Source of the DNA: a virus
IMG/VR virus record: IMGVR_UViG_3300014961_000001
Location: 1-58,108 of that record
Reading direction: 5' to 3' (one strand)
Length of the DNA: 58,108 bases
In this document: positions 1 to 9,200 of the stretch, piece by piece
Layout of the letters: each line of letters begins with the position of its first letter
How positions within the stretch are numbered: position 1 is the first letter of the stretch
Notes under the pieces: generated by a model
Seen by the model: only the letters and a program-made list of their open reading frames with translations
Told to the model about the DNA's origin: nothing
Databases searched by the model: none
Position numbers and translations under genes: made by a program

Positions 1-77
1 ACCTTTAGGCACTCAATTCGATTTTATTCTTCTGATATATTTTGCCAGTCAATAAAAGTGTAGATATTACATAAGTA
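1..77. repeat. Terminal overlap copy 1 (identical to 58032-58108)
   Basis: Direct comparison of the two window ends shows 77/77 identity. Confidence 0.95.
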
Positions 78-260
78 GCTGTTAATTATTAAATTGAATA
101 ATTTTTCAGTTTTTATGGCCAGCTTTGGCCAAAGTAATAAAATGCCAAAAAACGTGACTATCTAAATATTATTTTTAGCTAAAATCATTGCGTGTACGTG
201 CATGAAAATGTTTTTTCTGGGTAATGGTGCTGCTTCATAAAAAATACGATGGGGTAATTT

Positions 261-842
261 ATGAAAAAATCAGGCAAAGCTGCATATATTTCTGAAAGTG
301 ATTTGCAACTCACACTTAAAAGCCTAAAGGGTAAAAACTCAGTAAGAAACCAAGCTGTGTTACTGGCTTCTCATTTTATGGGTTTGCGTGCCAAGGAAAT
401 GGCCTCACTTAAAATGGGTGATGTGTACGATTTTAGAAATCACATACTCAGGGATACGATCCGGCTTTTAGCTGCATACACCAAGGGTAATAAATACCGT
501 GAAGTTTTTCTGCTGGACACAACGGCCAGAAATATCATGCTTGAATATATCCTTTCAAGGGAGGATTCAGGGCCGGAAGCACCGTTATTTTTATCGCAAA
601 AATTACAACCTTTTACAGCCAATACCATGCAAAGAATGATTGGAAATCTTTACAAAAGATCTGGTATAAATGGAACTTCGCACAGTGGAAGGCGCTCATT
701 TGCTACTCGATTAATTAGGCATAATGTGGATATTTATTCTATTCAACAACTTATGGGTCATTCAAGCATTACAACAACTCAGGAATACTTTGCATCTGAT
801 CCAAATTTATTAAAAGAGAAAGTATTTAAGTTAAGTCAATGA
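261..842 (+). CDS. Tyrosine recombinase, catalytic domain only (193 aa); candidate plasmid multimer-resolution or site-specific recombinase
   Basis: Catalytic motifs in order: GLRAKE (Arg I), TKGNKYR (Lys hairpin), HSGRRSFATRL (H-x-x-R) and GHSSITTTQEY (His plus Tyr nucleophile). There is no room for an N-terminal core- or arm-binding domain. Confidence 0.75.
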   Translation: MKKSGKAAYISESDLQLTLKSLKGKNSVRNQAVLLASHFMGLRAKEMASLKMGDVYDFRNHILRDTIRLLAAYTKGNKYREVFLLDTTARNIMLEYILSREDSGPEAPLFLSQKLQPFTANTMQRMIGNLYKRSGINGTSHSGRRSFATRLIRHNVDIYSIQQLMGHSSITTTQEYFASDPNLLKEKVFKLSQ

Positions 843-860
843 GTTACATGGGACTAAATA

Positions 861-890
861 ATATATATGTATTATATAATACATATATAT
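861..890. repeat. 30-bp perfect palindrome atatatatgtattat|ataatacatatatat
   Basis: Read directly. The reverse complement of 861-875 equals 876-890. It lies 19 bp after the recombinase stop and upstream of parA. Confidence 0.9.
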
Positions 891-981
891 AACCATACAT
901 ATTGATAGATACATAACTATAAATATGTATATCTATGAGTATTAATATATTTATGGCTGGTTGTATTTATATCTGACTGTA

Positions 982-1010
982 TTGATAGCTGTATATCTGG
1001 TAGGTATAAT
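982..1010 (+). promoter_or_regulatory. Sigma70-type par promoter TTGATA-17-TATAAT with embedded repeats (candidate operator or centromere region, 895-1010)
   Basis: The -35 ttgata is at 982-987 and the -10 tataat at 1005-1010, with a 17-nt spacer. The motif tgtatatct occurs at 926 and 991 (variant tgtatttatatct at 962). The motif attgatag occurs at 901 and 981. Confidence 0.55.
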
Positions 1011-1050
1011 GCATATACGGCAATATTCACACACACATGGAAATACATAA

Positions 1051-1713
1051 ATGATTACTCTTATTGCGAATACAAAAGGTGGTGTCGGAAAAACATCATT
1101 GGCTACATCAATCCTTGCAGCTCTAGCAAAGGATAAAGGCGTTGTTGGTGTGGATCTGGATTCAGTGAATAAAGCGGCTTCGGCTGAATGGAGTAAAAAC
1201 CGTACTGAGATAGATGGTAAGTTTTACTTTTTATCTGGTGATGTACGTGACCAGATTACCAAGATTGCATCTGATTATGATGAAGTAGTGGTTGACGCTG
1301 GTGGCTTCGATAACACTGAATACCGCCAAGCAATCAGCGTTGCCGATGTAATCTTGATTCCCTTGTTGGTGGGTTCTACTTCAAATATTGAAGGTTTGCG
1401 AAAAGTAGCAGAAACAATCGAACAAATGCGTCCAGATAATCTACCTAAAGTGTACGGTGTTGTTACCAAAGCACCGCACCACACATCATCACCAGAACTT
1501 GACCGGGCAATTACTGAAATTATTAACGATCCATTAGTTAAGCCTTGTCCAACTGTTATTGGTGATCGTGTCTGGTACACAAGAGCTTTCGATGAAGGTA
1601 TCGGTCTACTGGACCTAAAGCCAATTAAGCGCAATGAAACGAAATATATTGAAATTGCTCAAAATGAGTTCTTAACTTTGTTTAACTTTATTTATGGTGA
1701 AAATAATGACTGA
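1051..1713 (+). CDS. parA: ParA partition ATPase (type Ib, 220 aa)
   Basis: Deviant Walker A motif NTKGGVGKTS near the N-terminus, VVVDAGG Walker B-like motif, small size without an N-terminal HTH. Confidence 0.85.
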   Translation: MITLIANTKGGVGKTSLATSILAALAKDKGVVGVDLDSVNKAASAEWSKNRTEIDGKFYFLSGDVRDQITKIASDYDEVVVDAGGFDNTEYRQAISVADVILIPLLVGSTSNIEGLRKVAETIEQMRPDNLPKVYGVVTKAPHHTSSPELDRAITEIINDPLVKPCPTVIGDRVWYTRAFDEGIGLLDLKPIKRNETKYIEIAQNEFLTLFNFIYGENND

Positions 1714-2077
1714 TATTCCAGCGAACCCACGCCGGGCGCAAGCTACCGAAGCACGCAAACCTGCCCAAGCTGAAAAAAGCCCGGAAGAAGTTATTAACGC
1801 TGCACCTTTGCAAACGATTCAAGTTGAACAAACAAATCCGATTGAAGCTGTAAAACCTTGGCGTGCTGGGACCAGCATGTCTGAGGATGAATTAATGGTT
1901 GTCACTGAAAAGGGGTCTTACAATATCCCTATGGAATTGGTGCTGCGCCTGGACTATCTCGTTGGTACAAAGAAATCACGTGGTTTAGGTCGCAAAACCA
2001 ATAAAACGGCGCTATTGATTGAAGCCTTGGATGAATACACCAAGCGCGAACTTAAAAAGCAAGGTCATAGCGTTTAA
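1694..2077 (+). CDS. Small partition adaptor or centromere-binding protein candidate (ParG/ParB-like, about 123-127 aa)
   Basis: It overlaps the parA stop. An alternative ATG at 1706 gives an ATGACTGA overlap with a GGTGA Shine-Dalgarno. The call rests on position and size only, with no recognised motif. Confidence 0.5.
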   Translation: MVKIMTDIPANPRRAQATEARKPAQAEKSPEEVINAAPLQTIQVEQTNPIEAVKPWRAGTSMSEDELMVVTEKGSYNIPMELVLRLDYLVGTKKSRGLGRKTNKTALLIEALDEYTKRELKKQGHSV

Positions 2078-2087
2078 TTTATGAATC

Positions 2088-2116
2088 AAAAAAGCCAGCT
2101 TAATGCTGGCTTTTTA
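2088..2116. terminator. Bidirectional intrinsic terminator
   Basis: Stem agccagc/gctggct with loop ttaat, an A-run upstream and a T-run downstream. It separates the convergent par operon and the 2100-2399 gene. Confidence 0.7.
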
Positions 2117-2399
2117 GTTTTATGCGGTCTGTTTTTTTTGGTTTTAATCCTTGGTAGAAGATCATGCCAAAGATAATAGATATACCTACGCTACCAAAAA
2201 TCTGCTGTGCCAGATCCTCGCCTGGTTGAATCGCCACTTTGATTAAGGTAAAAATAAGCACACACATAGCGAACCAAGCAATAGATATTGCCTGTTTCTT
2301 ATTTACCGACCAATCTGCCACTTCTGGTTTTGAACTCGCAAAGCCTTTGGCTACAAAGTACGATATAACCGCCAGAATAACCGAAATAATAAGCCCCAT
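2100..2399 (-). CDS. Small integral membrane protein (99 aa, about 3 TM segments)
   Basis: Hydrophobic segments LIISVILAVISYFVA, ISIAWFAMCVLIFTLI and VGISIIFGMIFY. It is flanked by terminators on both sides. Confidence 0.55.
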   Translation of the reverse strand: MGLIISVILAVISYFVAKGFASSKPEVADWSVNKKQAISIAWFAMCVLIFTLIKVAIQPGEDLAQQIFGSVGISIIFGMIFYQGLKPKKTDRIKLKSQH

Positions 2400-2444
2400 A
2401 ATTTCATCCTGTTTTTATGATAAAAATTTACCAATCATCATACC

Positions 2445-2477
2445 CAAAAAAACCAGCATTTAAGCTGGCTTTTTTTG
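2445..2477. terminator. Bidirectional hairpin terminator (weak)
   Basis: A 5-bp stem ccagc/gctgg flanked by an A-run and a T-run. Confidence 0.4.
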
Positions 2478-2484
2478 ACTAAAA

Positions 2485-2778
2485 TCAGGCTAATTTAGGA
2501 AAAAGAACCTTAAAGTCATTATATGTGGACTTGATCCGGTCAATAAAGCTGGATAACCCCAAATGCCAACGATCCCAATCCTCATTTTCTCCCAGGATAA
2601 TCTCTTTCATTTTAGCCATGACAGCTTTCTTTTTATCTGCACCGGATAAGCCGCCTTCAATCTGCATGGAATCCATAAAATTAACGGTCTGCTGGTAGAA
2701 CTGACGGCCATGCTGAATAGCATCCAAAATACTACCAACTGCTTGTGCAATGGTGACGGCGATAAGAACTTTAGACAT
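2485..2778 (-). CDS. Hypothetical 97-aa protein with hydrophobic N-terminus
   Basis: ORF with N-terminal VLIAVTIAQAVGSIL. It is a stand-alone transcription unit. No family was recognised with confidence. Confidence 0.5.
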   Translation of the reverse strand: MSKVLIAVTIAQAVGSILDAIQHGRQFYQQTVNFMDSMQIEGGLSGADKKKAVMAKMKEIILGENEDWDRWHLGLSSFIDRIKSTYNDFKVLFPKLA

Positions 2779-2855
2779 AGTTGTACCTTTAAGAAAATAT
2801 AAGAATATTGATAAATAATTATAAGTTATTTTTGCCTAAGTATAATAAATAGACA

Positions 2856-2885
2856 TAAAAAAATCGTCTATCTGAGGAATAGACG
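2856..2885 (-). terminator. Intrinsic terminator downstream of the tRNA
   Basis: On the minus strand: cgtctat-tcctcag-atagacg followed by attttttt. Confidence 0.6.
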
Positions 2886-2906
2886 GCGGAAAAAAGTGAT
2901 CGGTTG

Positions 2907-2979
2907 TGCGCCAGACTGGACTCGAACCAGTGACAAACAGCTTAGAAGGCTGTTGCTCTATCCACTGAGCTACTGACGC
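2907..2979 (-). tRNA. tRNA-Arg (anticodon UCU)
   Basis: The minus strand reads GCGTCAGTAGCTCAGTGGATAGAGCAACAGCCTTCTAAGCTGTTTGTCACTGGTTCGAGTCCAGTCTGGCGCA. Acceptor stem is GCGTCAG/CTGGCGC, the T-arm is ACTGG-TTCGAGT-CCAGT, and the anticodon loop CTTCTAA gives TCT. CCA is not encoded. Confidence 0.85.
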
Positions 2980-3221
2980 AAAAAGAGTCTGTTAGACGTA
3001 TAGGCCGCTTAACAAACTTAAACCTGAAATACCCTGAGATATTCCAAGAGGGGTCGAATGAGTATATTTAAAAATATAAGTGGATAAAAGTTAATTTAAC
3101 AAATTAAATAAATATTTAGATATTAATTAAAAAATTATTGATATTTATATTTTATCAGTTATATTTTAAGGTTCTTCGCCAAGAAGTTCGTTTAGACTGC
3201 CATATTTAAGCGTAAATCTTG

Positions 3222-3253
3222 AAAAAAAGCGCCCATTCGTGGGCGCTTTTTTA
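3222..3253 (-). terminator. Intrinsic terminator ending the late operon
   Basis: Stem agcgccc/gggcgct with loop attcgt, A-run and T-run on either side, directly after the stop of the 3709-aa gene. Confidence 0.8.
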
Positions 3254-6200
3254 TTACTGGTCTAAATACGGATTGTATTCACTCATCCACTCTAGCCCTT
3301 TCACTGTTTTACGCTTCTCTTGCCATGACTGGTTAGACTTTTTGAAGTTTGTTTCAGCTAGTTTCTGATTGAACTTGACCGGATAACGTGGGTTGCTCTT
3401 GTTATACTCGCGGATCTCCTGCTTAACGGTGCGAACCTGAGTACGATCCCCGGATTCAAGCGCATTAACGTAGCGCTCTTTCCATCGTGCATTAACATAA
3501 GTTTGCGCCGATTTATCCTTCATTTCATAGCCACGTACACGACCTTCTTTGGCAATGCTGGCTGGTTGTGCATCCAGAATCTTGATAACACCTTCCCACG
3601 GCGTAACATCATTGGTTTTAACGCCAGTTTTCATGTTGCGATAATCGCCGGTGGTTGCAGCAATAGCACCTTGCCCCACGCTTGTAATCGCTTTCGGCAA
3701 TAATTGCACGCCAGATTGCCCATACGCACCAACCTGAGCCAGTGCGACTGATTCCTTCACTTTTTCAAGTAATCCACCAATAGGTCCTGCAATCTGTGAA
3801 ATCTCGGAAGATTTCATATAATCACTGGTGGTTGGGCTGAAATATGCAGTCGCTGGAATTAAGTCACCCATACCCATACGGCCCTTAACGTCAATCAATG
3901 GGTTTAGGTTCACGATACCATCCATTAGAGCCGTATTTACTGCGCTACCCATCGTCTGCCCAAGTGCATCATGCAAAGCGATTTGGATCTCGCGCTCTGT
4001 ATTAACCGGTTTACCGACTAATCCACCGGCAGTTTCGATACCGTCAAGAATATCGCGTACAAATGGTAAGCCTGTCGTACCAGAAAGGGCCATTAAGATT
4101 CCCAGCATGGTTAGAACAGATCTGGATACACCAAAACCAACTAAGGCGGCCATTTTCTTTTTAAACTCGTCATCTTCGCCGCCATACAAGCCGGATTTTT
4201 GCATTCGTACCATTTGCTCAATGTAGGCAATCATAAATTGCTTATACATCATCAGGACGCTGCCGACATTGCCACGTGATACACGCGGACGGTTGCCCTT
4301 GTTATAGATTCCTTGTGTTTCCTGAATAGTTCTGACTGCAAAATCATAGGCATCTTTAAAGCCTAATTGCTCTAATTTGGTTTGGCCTAGACTTTCGGCC
4401 ACGTCCAAAGCTGCAAATAGTGAGGTACGGCGGTTGACTGTTTCCGATGCTTGAGCAAACAAGCCAGACGCATGACTGACCAATTGCCACGTACTTGCAC
4501 CAAGGCCAGACTTACCACGCTCTAAACCTTGCATCATCCATGTGTTTTGTGGGTCCAAGTGGCCTTCTTTTCTGGCACGTTCATAATGGGCCTTATATTT
4601 AGAGTCCATTGCATCCGTACCTTTAGCCCATGTAGTAATCGCCTTACCCATAGCTTTAAAGATTGTGTTGTGGTCTTTGCTGTACTGCATCAGATAAGGA
4701 AGTGTTTGTAGTAGTGGCTGTGTTAAGTTCACCACGCCAAACATGGCTGAAAAGCCCATATACCAGACAAACGCGAAGTTTTTAACGGCGGCTAGTTCTT
4801 CCTGGGTATCCAATGAGTAATCACGTAACCGGATAGCGTCCTCTTGAAAGGCCGGATCTTCGATATTGGTAATTGATTCATCAATGGCCGGGTTATAGCT
4901 CTGGTTTGCTGAATAACGCGCATTCGACATAACAAACGATGCTAGAACACGTTTTACATCGGTATCAAAACCATCAATACCCTGGCGCTTCAATAGGCGT
5001 TTAAGTGCATGGTTATTCTGGACAGCGTACTTGATATAGGCTGTTTCAGCGTCACCAATTGGTAAACCGGATTCTTTAGCAAATAGCGCCACCGTTTCAG
5101 GACTTACACCCTGGAACAGTTTGTATTGTAGCTCGTTAATCTGGCCTTTCTCTAGGACCGTACCTGGTGGCAGGTTGCCTTTTTTCTCCTGATCTCTAAA
5201 GTAAATATTGCGCTCAGATTCACTTTCAAAGTGCTGGCGATAAGATACTTCGCCTGTGGTCGGGTTCCAGATCCTCACAAAATACTTGCCAAAGCGCATA
5301 AGCGGAACGTAACCCTGATCCTTTAGGTCGTTCGCCTTCTTAAATACCCGGTCTACAGCTTCGATTGCGGCCTGTCGTGCTTCGGATTTCTCTGGCTTGC
5401 CCTTGGTTAAGGTATCAATCCGTTTCAGGATCTCGTTATAGTGGTCGGTAATGTCCAGGTCTTGCCCTGCTAGCTCTAACACTTCCTCATTGGTTCCGCC
5501 TAGGTGTTTATAGATATTAGAGAAGGTTGTATTCGCAAATGTATCTAATGACGTGTCAATCGCGTCACGGATCTCGTTATATAGGCCAATTTGATCATCA
5601 TCAAAGCCTAGTTGTTTCAGCTCCTTAACTGTGTGGCGTTCTGAATTGTCGAGCAATGTATTTTCAAACATTAAATCGCCAATTTTCTTCAAGTCTTTAT
5701 CTACTTTAGCCTTGTCAATTTTACCTCCCGATAGTGTGTGGCCCATTGTGCGACCTACTCGCTTAACTTCCTTCCAGTAGTCGCCACCTTCCTCTAACTG
5801 GGTCAAGATAGACGGCGCAACGTCCATTGATTTTGAACTTGCAAAAGTAACATGATTGATTTTCCCCTGGACTAGATCAAAAGTCTTTTTAAACTGGCCG
5901 GTTTCATCCCTCAACGACTTATGCAGCATGGTTTGGAATAGATTAAGTGTTCTATTGCTTAGGGTTTTTGAAGCTTCTGCACCGCGCAAGGACAATTGAC
6001 CAAATGCGGTTGACGCTGCTTTGTCTAAAAGCTCGCGCTGTTTAGATCGGCTCATATTTTGCGGATTGGCGGTACTGCTTCGACTATAACGGCGTTCGCC
6101 TTTTGGTGGTGTTGGCGGCGTTCCCTTAGAAATAGTTTTAATCATGCGTTCAGCAAGGGCAACCATGTCGTTAGAGTTAAGTTTTAGGTTTAATCCTAGC

Positions 6201-9200
6201 TTATCTACCGCCCACGCCTTAACTGCGCTTAAAACGCGGCTTATAAGCTTCTGTGCTGGCCCTTGGTTTTGCTGGTTTCTTGCTGCTACTGTGATTAAGT
6301 ATGGTAAATATTCATCAGCTTGTACCTGTGCATCAGATTCACGCTCTGCTAATCGCTTGGCTTCGATTGCATCAGGGTTTCCAGACTTCACCAGACGATT
6401 AAATTCTGACATTAAATTATCGTACGCACTGGCTTTAAGTACACCCTGCATTCCAACGTGGCCGCCAAGCTCATGTAAGAACACTGGTACGATATTTTCT
6501 GCTGTGATTGCATCAGCAATGAGTGTTACCCGGCCATTTTCCGCGAAGCCTTCCACTCCCTGCTCGGTATGAGTAGGCACAATGCTTAAAATGCCTTTTT
6601 GCTCAAGTTGCTGAATAGTATCCTCACCAAATCGGTTTACAAGCTCTGTGCGGATCTGATTCGGGGTTGAACCACTGGTGTTTTCTTTCACGTGCGCTGG
6701 TACTTGATTTAGATCCTCACTACGGCTAAATCGTTTACCGCTGCTGTCTGCCTTGTTGATTTTGATGATTCTAGCCTTAACGCCTGTAGTCACTGGCAAA
6801 CTAGGGTCGTTAAAGGTTCCAGCATCCAACGGCGTGATTTCTGCACCAACTTGATCTAACCAGTCCTGAAATTCTTTAGCTGCTTTATCTTTGCCAAAAA
6901 ATACACCTTCACCGGCAATTGCGACCATCACACCATCATCAGCCAGTAAATCAAAGGCATGATAAATATGGGCTGCATCACGTCTATCACTAAATGGGGG
7001 GTTCATAATGATGCGGTCATAATTAATCCCATTCATTTTGACCAGCTCAAGCTCATCACGGTCAAAGTAGGTGATCATCTGGCCGTCATCTTCACGCATT
7101 AGGCGTACTCGATTGCTTCCAAGGCTACCTGATCCACGCATAACGCCCTGATATTTTCCATCAGCGGTTTTAAACACATCCCCATAGTTCGGCGCTCTGT
7201 TTTTTGGATCAAACATTAAGAAGTCATTACCAACAACGCTATAACCTTTTAGCTTTAATAGATCTTGACGTTTGCCTGATAGCTCAATCACATCCGGTTT
7301 AATGCCGTGGTCCTTTAATACATCTGCAATATGCCCCATACCGGCAGAAGGCTCTAAAACCTTCATATCACTATCCAGATCCGCCATTTCAATCATCTGT
7401 TCAACGACATTTCTAGGGGTTGGGAAAAAGTCTAAGCCGTCATTGCTGCGGCCAATCATAGAGCGTTCCATCTCCTTGATTGGGTCATTGGCCTTTTCTT
7501 TACTTCTCAGGCTCAAATATTCACGCATTGCGGCCCGGAATGTTGCAGGGTCATGAATACCTAGTTTCTCCATGCGTGAAACAGAATCGTGCATAGATTC
7601 AATTAGCCAGTTCATGTAATAGCTTGGATTTTTGCGCTTGTATTGCCTCAGGGCATTGTAAAGCTCACTCCCAAATTCATTCGTCAAGGTCATTTGCTTG
7701 TCTGAATTGGTCGGCTTCCAAGATCCATTTTCCATTGCGGTTTCATAAGATGAAATAACGGCGTATTCACCATTTTTAATCTTGAATACCTCAAAACTGT
7801 CCTTTCCAGCTCTCTTGTTACTTGCCTTGACCAGTGTTTCAGCCTGTTTAATATTGGTCTTAAATACTGCTGGTGAGCCGTCAGACTTGCGTGCTAATTG
7901 CCCTACATAATTTTCGGTGCCAAATTCATTCGTTTCATTCAACCAGCGTGCATAAGCATTGTGGTAGCGGATACCGATTGTTTTTTCCAGTTTTTCGGCC
8001 AGACGTGGATTAGCTGCCTTTAAATCGCTACGGATATTATTAAAGCTGTCAGTCCAGGTCTTATATTGTGGGAACTCTGCATAAGCAATTGTGGTTGCGG
8101 TAATCTCACGCTCTTTCGCATTGGTTTCTCGTTGCTGGTCATAAGATGCACGCTGCAAAAGAGATTCCAAGTGACTTAATTGTGTCATTGCCCCAAGTCG
8201 GGATAAGTATTTAACCGATCCGTTTTCGATACCGTCTGCAATTCGATTAAGTGTTTCACCCAAGAAAATGGCACTATTTGCCCGTTCCTCTGCTCTAGCT
8301 GCATCACCGGCACGTTTTGCTGTGTTGGTTTTACGGTCACGGTTAATGTTCTGCTCACCCCGATCTATGACGGCTTGAGCCTTTTCACGCAATTTATCAG
8401 CCTGACGTTTTGCATCAGTTTCAATCACCTCAACTTCTGCCTGTGGATCAACTGCAATGGCTTCGGGTTCTGGATCGGTTGACTTGGCTTCGTGGTCCCC
8501 AGTGACTAAGTTTAGAAACTCATTGGCCGTTGCTTCATTGTCAAAAATAAAGCCTGGTACTGCACCGCCGCCCTTGTAGCTCGAATAATATCCGCCTAAA
8601 CCTTTAGCTTGACTGCGATAATCATTAAACGCATCACCATCCACACGGCCATTTAGGGTCACGGTCCAAATGTCCGTCCCTTTTTTGGTATGTTTCCCGG
8701 CAAATAAGGTTGCTTCTGTGGTTGATTCAACGGCGTGACTTGGGTTGCTGGCTTCTCGATAAGCTTTATTTCGTTCGATTTCCTGCATCCGCTGCTCGTT
8801 GTATGCGTCAGACTTCAACTCGTCATACAATGCTTGTTGCGGAATGGTTAAGCTTCGGTAAAAGTCTTTAAAGTCCTTGAAATCACCATTTGCATAGATC
8901 CGCTTGAAGTCATCCATTGTCTTAGGGTCATTCATTCCGGCTTCTGCTGCTTCCAGATCCTTTTCTCTCTGGATCTTAGCCTGACGCTGTTCCTCTAAAT
9001 ACTTGTTCAGATCCTCTTGAGTTGCAGCTTCAATTTTGTCGCGCACAATTTCAGGCATGGTGCGCTTATCACCATAGGAGATAGTCACCACTCCACCGCT
9101 GGCAAAATCCATAGCTCTAAAGGTGTTAGATACCCACTTGTTTACAAGCTCATCCTTTTTGTGGGATTTATACATAGCCGTATAATAGGGGTGCATCTTA

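Noticed and set aside
2907-2979. tRNA gene as an attP integration site
   Set aside because: The tRNA is complete with its own terminator. No partial tRNA duplicate or adjacent arm-binding integrase is present, and the plasmid maintenance genes argue against integration.
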